From Octopus sinensis (lineage: Eukaryota): 64,000 nucleotides of DNA. The DNA lies in the NCBI RefSeq assembly GCF_006345805.1, contig NC_043007.1, positions 13,020,001 through 13,084,000 of the forward strand, read 5' to 3'. Shown here piece after piece: positions 23,651-35,496 of this stretch (position 1 is its first letter; the number at the start of each line of letters is the position of its first letter). The notes beneath the pieces were generated by a model that saw only the letters and a list, made by a program, of their open reading frames with translations, did not search any database and was not told the origin of the DNA. A program made the translations under genes and the position numbers.

Positions 23651-24439
23651 TATAACCATTTACTATGTGAAATAATTTTGGTACCCCGACCCCTGCTCAC
23701 GACCGGTGCTGTTTTCACGGCTCTCTGTTTTTTCTACCATTACTGTAGTCCGGTGCTACCCCCACTCAGGCGTTCGCGATCACCTGTCCGTGTCCAACTC
23801 CCCCACTCTAACCACTCCGTCTAGTCCTTCCTTCCCAGAACGTCGATCCCCTGGAATTTCCTTCATGTACACACGATTTTCAATGATGCAATAGGAACGT
23901 TAACGGTGTTGATCTCATTAGTCTCGGAGGGATTACGAAGTCCCATTGTCTAGACGAAACCTAATAAGGGTCTATGGGCATAGCCCTGTCCTTAAGATCA
24001 AACCAATGAAAGCAAACTATGGTCTTCCCTGTGTTACAAAAACGCATTATCCATGAAAATATTGTCGTAACGTGGAATTCCATAACGCAAAACTTATTTC
24101 ACCATAGGCTACTATATTACATTGAAATCAATCGACACGGAAGTCAACAGAGAAGTACGTTTCGCATTGCGGAACTCCGCGTTACGATATGGATTTTAGG
24201 AATGCTTCCGTATTGTGGGGGATGCCTATTGTACGTCGTACGTAGCGTCTGTGTTATAAAGACATACCTATATAACGCAGTTGCTACATTACCACTGTAT
24301 GCTTGTCTGCCGGCGAAAGGTAAGAGATCAGTTAGGAGTGTTACTTGTGAAAAAGCAACTTCCTACCCAGTTCGTTGGTAATACAATATCTGTTTACTCA
24401 CTTAATACTGTGAAATCGGTACAATGCACCGGCCCTTAG

Positions 24440-24626
24440 AAATCCCAGAAGGCTGTAGCATCGCTGGCGTGGTGGTGGTTGAGGGGGCGATCTGTTCTGG
24501 GGGACGCTTTTATGAGGGCGGCATTTTTGGGGTTTGTTGTATAAGCCTGTATATGGATAGTGAGATGGTGAGGAACGGGACACTCAAGGGCTGCCCCGGG
24601 TGGTACACGGTCTAGTTACGCCCTTG
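24440..24626. mobile_element. GC-rich fragment ending in a hAT-MITE-like terminus
   Basis: ...CTAGTTACGCCCTTG resembles CAGGGGCGTAACTAG-type hAT ends. Other end not found. Confidence 0.35.
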
Positions 24627-26654
24627 CAGGAAGGGTGAGGGTTTAAGGGAAACATCTACAATGATTTGAACGAGCAAATGTAGGAACCATCTGCATGGTC
24701 TCTCGGTTTGCTAGGAATTGTGCCAAAACACCTTCAAACTACTCCGTGTCGTCTTAAATAAGGAAAGGATACATTATATATTGTAGTTTTGCTAGAAACC
24801 TCTGGAAGACCACTTCGGAGAAGTGGCCGCAATTCGAATGTCTTTGATTATATGCTTGTTCGACCAGGGTTCATCTGGGGTTAAGCAACAATACCAAAAA
24901 CAGGTTTAATCGATTGTGTCTCCCCCAACTACAAAATCCAGTTCGCCTTGTATATATAGTCAAAATAAATCGATATTTCTGTTGAGACTAATCTTTGATT
25001 TCTGGTGAACTTCTACTTTATAAATATTCAACTAATCCCCCCACCCCGCTCTCGTTTTAATTTGGCGTAAAAGATTTTATCTTTTTTTAAAATTGTTTTC
25101 TAATTATTTTGTTTTAAAATGTCTTTAGACAATGTTTTGGAGAAAAAAAAATCTTATTGATCTTTTAAATAAATAAAAAAAAAATTGCAAATCAATAACT
25201 AAAAAGTAGAGTTTGATTGGTATCCGAAACGATAATTATTTAGTTTTGATTATCGATAGGTCATCCCTGATCTAGCAGAGCAAAGACTTGCCATCCTCGA
25301 CCTTCGCATCTTCGAGTTCAGACAGTATATCTAGGACATTATCAATAATGCCTCCTCACCTTTTTTAAAGCCTGTATGGTGGTTTGATCTGAAGATTTAG
25401 CTACTATTTCTAACCGATGGATCAACCACATAAAAGCTCTCGTGTTTGTTTTTTGGTTGTTTTTTTTTTTTACTTCGAAATCACTTCGCATCCGGCTGGA
25501 ATACTTTTATGATTTTATGGTAATTGCTGTGCCCGTTCTCAGGCCTACTCGCAGTATACCATGGGCTATCTGAGATTATATCATCCAAAATGTCTTCCCC
25601 TGTTTGAAAGAAAGTAGAGAGCGATGCGAAGAGTAATTGCTTGGAAAGAGAAATGGCGGTCTGCGAGAAGTGATAGAATGGTGAGCAAACTGCCTTGCTA
25701 TATTTTACGTACGGGGTTCAAATCCCGCCGTGATCAAATATACCTTTTATCATTGACCAGTTCACCGCCGATCGTTACACAACTGACATACCTTTCCGGG
25801 GCCATTTCTATCACCCTTTCTTCGTACACCGAACCAGTAACGCCTTGCGGCCTTGTTTGGCGCCATTGTCTCTGTCGAATTAGTCAAGTATTGCAGTATA
25901 GTTAACCCAGTATAGTTCACTTCCAAAATGTGAAAGCACTTTTGCCTATGTTGCAAATCATTGTCAACGCTATTGCTGAAGACTAGGTCTTTGCGTTTAT
26001 TTGATTGTCTCCTTCTCAGGCAATAACAACTGTGGATTGCTTTCGGTTTTATTTTATTTATTCATTTTACGTGCAGTTTTCTGCCTACAGGAGAGACATT
26101 GCTAGTCTGTGGCATCAACCATTTCAATTAATCTCTGAAAAAAAAAAAAAACAAAAGAAAAATAAAGCAGATGCCTCTGCGTAGTTACTCGACCTGCTAG
26201 AAATAGCTGATAAATCTTTCTTAACGAAAGACTTATCTTAGAGAAAAAAGGGCAGATTGGAATATGTAGTCCAAAATCTCAAAACGAGTTGGCAGATCCG
26301 TTTGAGCGTTGCATAAATGCTTTGCGGTATTTTTCTGGCTTTTGATGCTCTGAGTTCAAATCCCGTCGAAGTCAACTTTGCCTTTCCTCTTTTCAGGATC
26401 TATAAAAAAAATTAAAGTACTTAAATAAAGGGTCGATTCATTAGAGCATCAGAGAGGCTACCTTGCGGCATCTATTCCGGCTCTTTAACTTCTGACTGCA
26501 GTATCTGCAATGACAGTGGTACTAAGCTGTGTCGGGTTTTTCTAGGGAATGGGATAGACCTATAATTTCATGATTAAACATATTCCGCCAACTGTTGGTG
26601 TTCCACAAAACTTTCCCAGGCCTGACTCATGAATTTTCTGTCTTTTATGCGTCA

Positions 26655-26841
26655 CTTGTTTCAAACATTGGACTGCAGTCATGCTGGGCTTAGTCGAACA
26701 AATTGACCCCAGGACCTATTTTGAAGTCTGGGACTTATTCTATCGGTTTCTTTTGTCGAATCACTAAGTTTCATGGATGTAAACAAACCAACGGCGGTTG
26801 TCACTCGGTGCGAGAGGACAAACACAAACATACATATACCG

Positions 26842-26884
<43 letters not shown>

Positions 26885-27088
26885 TTGAGTGTGAGTGTAA
26901 GTGTATGTGTGTGTGCGAATACGACGTGCTTCCATACAGTTTCCGTCTACCAAATCCACTCACAGGGTTTTCGTCGATATGCGGCTACAGTAAAAGACAC
27001 TTGCCCGAGGTGTCGCACAGTGAGACTGAACCCGGAACCATATGGTTGCGAAACAAGCTTTTTAACCACACAGCCATGCCTGCGCCTA
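26655..27088 (-). mobile_element. Diverged SINE family A
   Basis: Head, CORE, microsatellite and partial tail. Confidence 0.8.
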
Positions 27089-27280
27089 TAATAAGGTATT
27101 TTTCATGTCCAGATCCAGTTTCGTGGGGGCATAAAGAGAATCCCGATTAAACATCGCTACAAAGACGAAATGGAGCGTCTTTCAGTAAGAGGCCTAGGGT
27201 TAAACAACAATAACAACAACAACGACAATTGTTTGTTAATGCGAACAGAAGAAAGATGCGATGTTAGTACGAGGTCCGTT

Positions 27281-27490
27281 GAACTCCTAAAAATGATGGC
27301 CAGCTCCTAATTAATTAGCTTGGTGTCACCGTAATCCTGTCACGTGAACTCTTAAAATGATAGCTGGTTCTCTAAGTGATTAACAAGCCGTCACCTTAAT
27401 CTTGTCATATGAACTTCTGAAATGATAGCCGGCTCCTTAATTGAATAACTTGCTGTCGCTTTTAAGACTTATCACGTGAACTGACTATAA
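27281..27490. repeat. Degenerate ~65-bp minisatellite, ~3.3 copies
   Basis: GAACT...AAATGATRGC....TCC.TAA...GTCACC.TAATC.TGTCA repeated. Confidence 0.75.
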
Positions 27491-27733
27491 TGCTAATGAA
27501 AACAAACTGTCGTTTAAGGCCTTATGTAAGTCTGTAACAATAATAAGGAAGTTGTGTTGGGTCCAGTTAATCAGATGGAAGTGGGATAAAGTGAGACGTT
27601 TAAGAGGACAGGATGACTGAATGATTTGATAAGGAGTAGAGACGAAGCGAGACAATAAGTGGAATGTTGAGAGAAAAAGGAAATCCTATAAGGTTGGCAG
27701 CTGTTGATATACACCCACCACACACACATACAC

Positions 27734-27769
<36 letters not shown>

Positions 27770-27811
27770 CATACATACACACCTACACCCACATACAATC
27801 ATACATAATGC

Positions 27812-27885
<74 letters not shown>

Positions 27886-28072
27886 GCATACACACATACA
27901 TACATATATACATACATATATACATACACACACACACGCATACACACATACATACATACATATATACATACACACACACACGTGCATAAACGTTAGAAAC
28001 ATAAGCATGCATACGTATATACATACATAATACAGAGACAGACAGCTACACAGTCACACAAACAAACGCGCG

Positions 28073-28145
<73 letters not shown>

Positions 28146-28949
28146 AATCGTGTTTATAGCAGACATTGTTGACATTATTTTCTTTTTTCCCCAAACATGT
28201 TATACTTAAAGACAATTATATCCAAGTTTAATCTTTCTTTAAAATGTTTTTTTCCTCATATTCCCTTGTTAGTCCTCAATGTTTACGCTGGAGCAATAAC
28301 GTTCCTAAGACATTGTCGGTCTCATTATCAGAGTGAAATGATAGTGTGTGATGTGTTTTCGTGCACTTTGCCCCAGGTCACAAAAAAAAAAAAAAACAAG
28401 GCAGTACTAATAAAATTAGCCATGCTGGATCCAAAAATATAATTGATTTCATGATTTATTTCACGTGCAATTTATATGTGTGTGTTGACTTTTGGTTTGT
28501 ATTTTGTTAGTAGCAAAGCTTCTATTCTTATTCTTCAAACATTTTGTAGGAATCTGTATGAAATTGTAGTGCTTTCTATTGAATTTAATTTTATTTCGTG
28601 TATTGTATTATAATGCGTTGCGATGACTCTTCGTTGTAAATGCGTGGTTAATCGATAAGATAGCGCATTACTTAGGTGTCCACTGTAACAGTTTGAGTCA
28701 TGAAGTTTATAACTTTAAATGTTCGCATTGAAATTTGTATATGACATTGATTTGCTGAAGTATTTTCTGTAATTTTCCAGCGTGTAGTTTCGTGTCGATG
28801 CGGCTTTTTTTCTTTAAATTCTGGTGTTATTGTAAAATATTCTAATAATGAGTTTATTGTTAGGGGTGATGCATATGTTTTGTTTTATGAGTTTTTCACC
28901 CAAACTGTAACCTTTATGTATTTTGTTCTTGTAATATACGATGCGTATA

Positions 28950-29500
28950 AAGGCGGCGAGCTGGCAGTATCGTTAACACGTCGGACAAAATGCTTAGTGG
29001 TATTTCATCCGTCTTTACGTTCTGAGTTCAAATTTTGCCGAGGTCGACATTGTCTTTCATCCTTTTAGGAGTCAATAAAATAAGTACCAGTTGAGTATGT
29101 TGATGTAATCGACTTCACTGCACCCCCGAAATTGCTGGGCTTGTGCCAAAATTTGAAATCAGTATACGATATGTGTGACTAATCGATGTTGCATCCGTTG
29201 TGTATGTGTCGGTGAATTTGTTCTTGCATCGTTGTATAGCATGGTTTACTAATCTGTTATGGTAGTGATTATAAACTAATGTTAAGGCAGCGAGGGCTGG
29301 CAGAATCATTAGCACGCCTGACAAATTGCTTCGCGGTATTCCGTCCGTCTTCACATTCTGAGTTCAAATTCTGCTGGGGGCCAACTTTACCTTTCATCCT
29401 TTCAGAGTCGATGAAGTATTAGTCGAACAGTGGGATCGATGTTATCGACTAGTCCCCTCCCCTAAAATGTCAGCCCTTGTACCTATAGTAGAAAAAAATT
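28950..29500 (+). mobile_element. Two SINE family B copies (28950-29165 with tail 3; 29285-29500 with tail 2)
   Basis: Head plus Nin domain with different tails. Confidence 0.8.
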
Positions 29501-29949
29501 ATGAAAATTATTATTGTTTGCTTAATGCGGGGGATTTCCTTATCTAAGACTCCTTCAGGAGATGAAAATTTCGAAACTCTTCAAAGAAGGGATTTCGCTG
29601 AAGATATTTTGTATTGAAGAGAGCATTCACTATCTCCTTGTATATATAAGCATTTGTTCGTGTTTTTTTTTAATATGTATACTGAGGTATTATATATGTT
29701 GTTCCTTATTCCTACATCTAAGAATAAGATGTCGATGTTTCGTGTCTCCTTTTCCCTCTGTCCAATTCATTAAAAAATAGCATTAAAAGATGCTTGTTGC
29801 AAATAATATCTAAAAATAAATATGTAGTGTTCGTTTTAGTTTTCAAGGGTTAAATGTTTCCCTTTATCATGGGCCAGTCACTTAATATTCCTGAATAATC
29901 ATTTTGAGGGAGTTTGGTGGGGATTTGTTGCTGTTGTTGTCTGTCCCCT

Positions 29950-30330
29950 TTCTTTGGTGACCCTTTGTCATGGTGTCTATTAGAGAGTTCATTACACAGC
30001 ACAACCTTGTGCAGGTACTGTGAAAAAATCCCTTGGGGGCCGCCTCACATTAACTACAGTGGTCTACTGTGGCCTCCAATCGCGAGGCTTGGTGACAGCC
30101 TATTTCCTATTTTGAGAAGGCTCGCAGGGCTGAGCTCGAGGACAAAAAGAGATTGATGAAGAACTGTGACACAGCGTCACCGAACCCTGAAATAGAATGT
30201 CTTGTGCAGCCATTGGTGACCAGGCCTACCTGACCAGTAAAGACCCTTGTCAACACCAGCAAACCTGCGGCCTACGTGCACAGGATCCTTCATAGGATCT
30301 TGATTCGCAAAACCCAGTCATGATGATGAT
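29950..30330 (+). mobile_element. Decayed RTE-clade LINE 3' end
   Basis: Frameshifted KKSLG..HIN..QWSTVASNREAW*..ISYFEKARRAELEDKKR...LV.HQQTCGLRAQDPS*, then a short UTR and (ATG)n tail. Confidence 0.7.
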
Positions 30331-30382
30331 CATCGTCATCATCACGATCATCATCATCATCACGATCATCATCATCATCACG

Positions 30383-30415
<33 letters not shown>

Positions 30416-30478
30416 GCCGTATTCATTGTAATTAGCATCACGATCATCATCATCATCATCATCACGGTCATCATCACG

Positions 30479-30512
<34 letters not shown>

Positions 30513-30628
30513 CGATCATCATCATCATCATCATCACGATCATCATCATCACGATCATCATCATCATCACGATCATCATCATCATCACGATTATCATCAT
30601 CATCACGATCATCATCATCATCATCACG

Positions 30629-30664
<36 letters not shown>

Positions 30665-30670
30665 GTCATC
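30330..30670. repeat. Compound (ATC)n/ACG microsatellite
   Basis: Direct reading. Confidence 0.95.
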
Positions 30671-31130
30671 CTCAGAATGATTAGTTGTTGGATATTTGTG
30701 AATGTAAGGGAAAGAAAATTAAGAAGCCATTGTTGTTAACTGCTTTTTTCAAAGAGAGAGGGAGTTTGATTTTGAATAAGAAACGGTTCCAAATCCAGTC
30801 AGGAACCGGATCTCTTTAGAATCTATCGCCATATCAATACATCAATCGATATCGTCTTATTTGTCACCGATTTGATACATTTCCATTTGTTAAATTAAGT
30901 AGTTCCCTGGCTTTTGTAATGATTAATGTTGCTATTGTAACCCTGTGCAGCCCCGGGCCATCCCTGACAGACCACAGTTGTTGTCCAGTAACCCTAGAAT
31001 CGTGTCTGATTGATTACGGTTGTTGCTGTTGGTGTGAAGAATCGGGACAGTCCTGATTACCCATTGTCGTTGTTGTTGCTGTTGCTGCTGCTGTTGCTGT
31101 TGTTGTTGCTGTTGAGCGAACGGTCTTCGT

Positions 31131-31480
31131 CCCAGAGCTCGCAAGATGGGAGAAGTCCGAAACGTGGTCCTTTGCTATTCGTAAGGCCCGCAGAAGAGAA
31201 AGCAGGTCAATCCCCGACACCGAGAGCATCGACGGTTGGATGAAATGCGCATCCAGGCTCAGCGGTTGCGTAGGAAGTCGGGGACAAGAAACAGGAAGAA
31301 AGAGTGAGAGAAAGTTGGAGCGAAAGAGTACAACAGGGGTCGCCACCACCCCTGCCGGAGCCTCGTGGAGCTTTAGGTGTTTTCGCTCAATAAACACACA
31401 CAACGCCCGGTCTGGGAATCGAAACCGCGATCCTCCGACCGCGAGTCCGCTGCCCTAACCACTGGGCCATTGCGCCTCCA
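31131..31480 (-). mobile_element. SINE family C, full length
   Basis: tRNA-like head with A/B boxes; matches 59711-60051. Confidence 0.9.
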
Positions 31481-32362
31481 CTACTGTTGCTGCTATGTGG
31501 CCCCAGATCAGGCCTGATCTATCTCTTCGCTTAGGTAAAACTGGCTTGTATAACGAGTCTCTGTGTGGTCACTCGACTTCTAGTAATAACAACCAAATAG
31601 AAAGGACATGTTCAATAACGCAGTCCCAATTACATTACACCAGAAATTTCGACTGGATGATTACGGCTGGAACGCCTGTGGTAATAGGTACGCTCGATCG
31701 AACGTCACTGGAGCTAAACAACAATAACTAGAATATGCGATTATTGATTTTTCTGTTTAGAAGGATCTTAGATATGTGGTAAATATCAGAAATCAATTAT
31801 CCGAATAAAGTTGGTCTTTTTAGAATTTAGAATCATGTTTCCTTTGGTCTTGGTGAATTCTTCGTTCGCGTTCGGGTGAGCGGAAGAATGAAGGCTTTAT
31901 CCAGAAGCCTTTCTGATCATAAAAACGAATTCTTTGTTGTAAGGTTAGAATTGAAAAGAAGACTTCGCGCAATTTGTCGAAGATGAGAAGACTGTTAGAA
32001 TACACCCCTTTACAGGCTGTTGACTACAGTGTAAAATATCCAACAGGAGGGACGAACAGAAAATGAAAAAGGTTTCATTGAAAATCATAACTGTATCGCA
32101 TACATGACTCACCATGCTAACGAATCCGTTTTATAGGCAACTTCCTTACTGCCTTCCTTCCTTCCTTCCTTCCTTTCGCCATTGTATCAACAAACAACCC
32201 TCATTGTGCTTGTCATGGCATTTTCGTGGGGAAATAGGAAGGAGTTTGCCCGTTGCTTTCTTTCGAAGAATTTATTAATTTTATTTATTGATTTTATTTA
32301 TTTGTCCTGTTTGTTTATTTTATTTATCATCATTTTCATCGTCGTCGTCGTCCTCATCGTCG

Positions 32363-32413
<51 letters not shown>

Positions 32414-32653
32414 CGACCACCATCATCACCATCATTAAACGATAACTTCGTCATTATCTTGTCAGCTGCAGCCAATTGTTTAGAAAGAAGTAGATGAGGA
32501 AAAGGAAAGGAAAATGAACGACAAGACGAAGATGAGGAAGTAGAAAAAGAGGAGGAAGAGCCAGAGTAAGAATACCGAGAATGTATTAGGTGAAGCTGAT
32601 CTCGGCTGGATTTGAACTCAGAAAGCTGGAACAATTGGCCGCCATATAGGCAA

Positions 32654-33035
32654 CTAGCAGTATCGCCCGGCGTTGCTCGGGTTTGTAAGGGAAATAACTA
32701 TATAAGCATTTTAAAAGAGTTATAGCCAAAAAATAGCAAAAAATGCATTAAAAATGGAAAAAAAAATGATGGTAAATTTTTTTTTAAATCGTTGACTCAT
32801 CGTAGACATTTTTAGAGAGTTACTTCCCTTATATAATATCGAAAAAAATGCATTAAAATGGACAAAAATGATGGTAATTTTTTTTTCAAATCGTAGATTC
32901 ATCGTAGACGCACGCTCGATATGAATCACGACTATAAGATACCCGGTTTGGTTAAACTGCACCGCAAAATGTGGGAGTAGTTAGGAATCTAAATCGTAAG
33001 AGACAGACACACAACTTCACTTTTATATATAAAGA
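32654..33035 (-). mobile_element. Non-autonomous Helitron, subfamily 1
   Basis: A^TCTTTATATATA...CCCGAGCAACGCCGGGCGATACTGCTAG^T: TC/CTAG ends, 3' hairpin, AT target, no TSD. Confidence 0.85.
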
Positions 33036-33118
33036 TTAGTTCCGTCAAACTGATTGAATTAATATTTCAGCGGTTATGACAAGCTTAACCCAAAATGTGA
33101 TAAGATGCTGACGTTATT

Positions 33119-33699
33119 CTTTTCTACTCTAGGCACAAGGCCCGAAATTTTTGGGAAGGGGGCCAGTCGATTGGATCGACCTCAGTACACAACTGGTACT
33201 TAATCTATCGACCACGAAAGGGTGACAGGCAAAGTCGACCTTGGCGGAATTTGAACTCAGAACATAAAAATAGACGAAATACCTATTTCTTTACTACCCA
33301 CAAGGGGCCAAACACAGAGGGGACAAACAAAGACAGACAAAGGGAATAAGTCGATTACATCAACTCCAATGCGTAACTGGTACTTAATTTATCGACCCCG
33401 AAAGGATGACAGGCAAAGTCGACCTTGGTGGAATTTGAACTCAGAACATAAAGACAGACGAAATACCTATTTCTTTACTACCCACAAGGGGCTAAACACA
33501 GAGAGGACAAACAAGAAAAGACAAACGTATTAAGTCGATAATATCGACCCCAGTGCGTAACTGGTACTTAATTTATCGATTCCGAAAGGATGAAAGGCAA
33601 AGTCTACCTCGGCGGAATTTGAACTCAGAACGTAACGGCAGACGAAATACTGCTAAGCATTTCGCCCGGCGTGCTAACGTTTCTGCCAGCTCGCCGCCT
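33119..33699 (-). mobile_element. SINE family B trimer (tail 1, tail 1, tail 2) with an 18-bp TSD
   Basis: TAAGATGCTGACGTTATT at 33101-33118 and 33700-33717. Confidence 0.92.
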
Positions 33700-34196
33700 T
33701 AAGATGCTGACGTTATTGACTATGATAAAGAGTTGAAAGAATCATGTTACATTTTAACAAACTCCTGTCATGAAACCAAAAACTGAGTTTCTCTTGGGAA
33801 GGAAGTCTCTTATGTGTTGGTTTACAGGCTGTTGAGTCTGATTGACTTAAGGGGAACATATTTTCCCCAGGGAAGATATTTCGAATTTTAAGAGATGATT
33901 TATCCTAGCCAGAGCCGAGGAAATTCCACTTTTCATAACTTTTCTCTTAGTTTCGATAATGTTTTTGGTTTCGTTCCATGGTTAAGTCTGTTTAAAGCCT
34001 AACACTCGAACACAGATTGTCTAAATGTTTTTTCTTGGTTTTGTTTTCCCCCTCGCATACAGCCCCCTTTTTTTCAGTGGAGAAGTCCATTCAAACTGAT
34101 GAGGACATATCTGATAAAGACGAAGTCAACATCTGCCATGCAGTAGAATTATTTTGCGACGCAACCAGGTCCCATCTCCGACCACCAGAAGGTCCT

Positions 34197-34532
34197 GAGA
34201 CCCACTTCGGTCACGACACTGACCATGGGATTCCACCTAGAAAGTTACCCTCCCAGGCACAAGTCCGGGCAGGGTTGTTTACGGAAGACCTCCAGTCGCC
34301 CATGCATACCGGCCTCCCCTCTCCACGCCACCAGTGTTATCCAAGGGAAAGGCAAAGGGGCCATTACAGCTTGGCACCAGTGACGTCGTGACTCATTTCT
34401 ACAGCTTAGTGAACTGGAGCAACTTGAAATAAAGTGTCTTGCTCAAGAACACAACATGCAGCCCGGTCCGGGATTCGAGCTCACAACCTCACGATCGTAA
34501 GCTCGACGCTCTAACCACTGAGCCATGCGCCA
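34197..34532 (-). mobile_element. SINE family D-type head with a third distinct tail
   Basis: tRNA-like head and CTTGAGCAAGACACTTTATTTC core; 3' half unlike other D copies. Confidence 0.75.
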
Positions 34533-34619
34533 TCACAGAAGGTCCACACATGCACAAATGCACAATGCATAGACAGAAAGGGGTGTGTAGGGTGGAGAAG
34601 AAAATGGTCATTATCTTCT

Positions 34620-34830
34620 ATTTGTTTCAGCCACTGAACTGCGGCCATGCTGGGGCACCGTCTTCAAAGGCATATCGACCCCAGTGCGTAACTGGTCCTT
34701 AATTTATCGACCCCGAAAGAATGAAAGGCAAAGTCGACCTCGGCGGAATTTGAACTCAGAACGTAGCGGCAGACGAAATACCGCTAAGCATTTCGCCTGA
34801 TGTGCTAATGCTTCTGCCAGCTCGCTGCCT
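34620..34830 (-). mobile_element. Chimeric SINE: family B head and Nin domain with family A tail
   Basis: Junction just after GGGGTCGAT; tail CGGTGCCCCAGCATGGCCGCAGTTCAGTGGCTGAAACAAA. Confidence 0.8.
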
Positions 34831-34844
34831 TATAATATTCTTTT

Positions 34845-35034
34845 TTATTCTAGGCACAAGGCCCGAAATTTTTGGAGAGGAGGCCAGTCGATTAGATCTA
34901 CCCCAATGCGCAACTGGTACTTAATTTATCGACCCCGAAAGACAAAGTCGACCTCGGCAGAATTTGAACTCAGAACGTAAATACCGGTAAGCATTTCGCC
35001 CAGCGTGCTAACGTTTCTGCCAGCTCGCCGCCTT
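34845..35034 (-). mobile_element. SINE family B monomer with tail 2
   Basis: Family match with small deletions. Confidence 0.8.
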
Positions 35035-35149
35035 CCTATTTTATCGAATATTACGCGTGAAACAAGATAGCGTGCGCCGGACAATCTGGTAAGGGCATTT
35101 CTTCCGGATCTTTACCTCATGAGTTCAAATGCTGCCGAAGTTGACTTTG

Positions 35150-35453
35150 CGGGTATCTTATAGTCGTGATTCATATCGAGCCCTTCTGGGTATTAGAGCG
35201 CGTCTACGATGAGTCTGCGATTTAAAAAAAACATTTACCATCATTTTTTTCCATTTTAATGCATTTTTTCGCTATTATATAAGGGAAGTAACTCTCTAAA
35301 AATGTCTACGATGAGTCAACGATTTAAAAAAAAAATTACCATTTTTTTTCCATTTTTAATGCATCTTTTTGCTATTTTTTGGCTATAACTCTCTAAAAAT
35401 GCTTATATAGTTATTTCCCTTACAAACCCGAGCAACGCCGGGCGATACTACTA

Positions 35454-35454
<1 letters not shown>
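35150..35454 (+). mobile_element. Helitron subfamily 1, 5'-truncated
   Basis: 3' hairpin and CTAG^T; interior matches 32654-33035. Confidence 0.85.

Positions 35455-35496
<42 letters not shown>

Noticed and set aside
27281-27490. CRISPR-like array (also 51725-52005, 60095-60450)
   Set aside because: Whole units are homologous with no unique spacers; eukaryotic context, no cas genes.
30250-30739. Poly-Met and poly-Ile ORFs (also poly-Asn/Leu at 38025, poly-Asp/Ser at 32288, poly-Gln at 30932)
   Set aside because: Trinucleotide microsatellites.
34097-34130. CTGATGAG as a hammerhead; TDEDISDKDEVN as a piggyBac N-terminus or exon
   Set aside because: No helix II closure or GAAA box; the peptide is too short to support a call.
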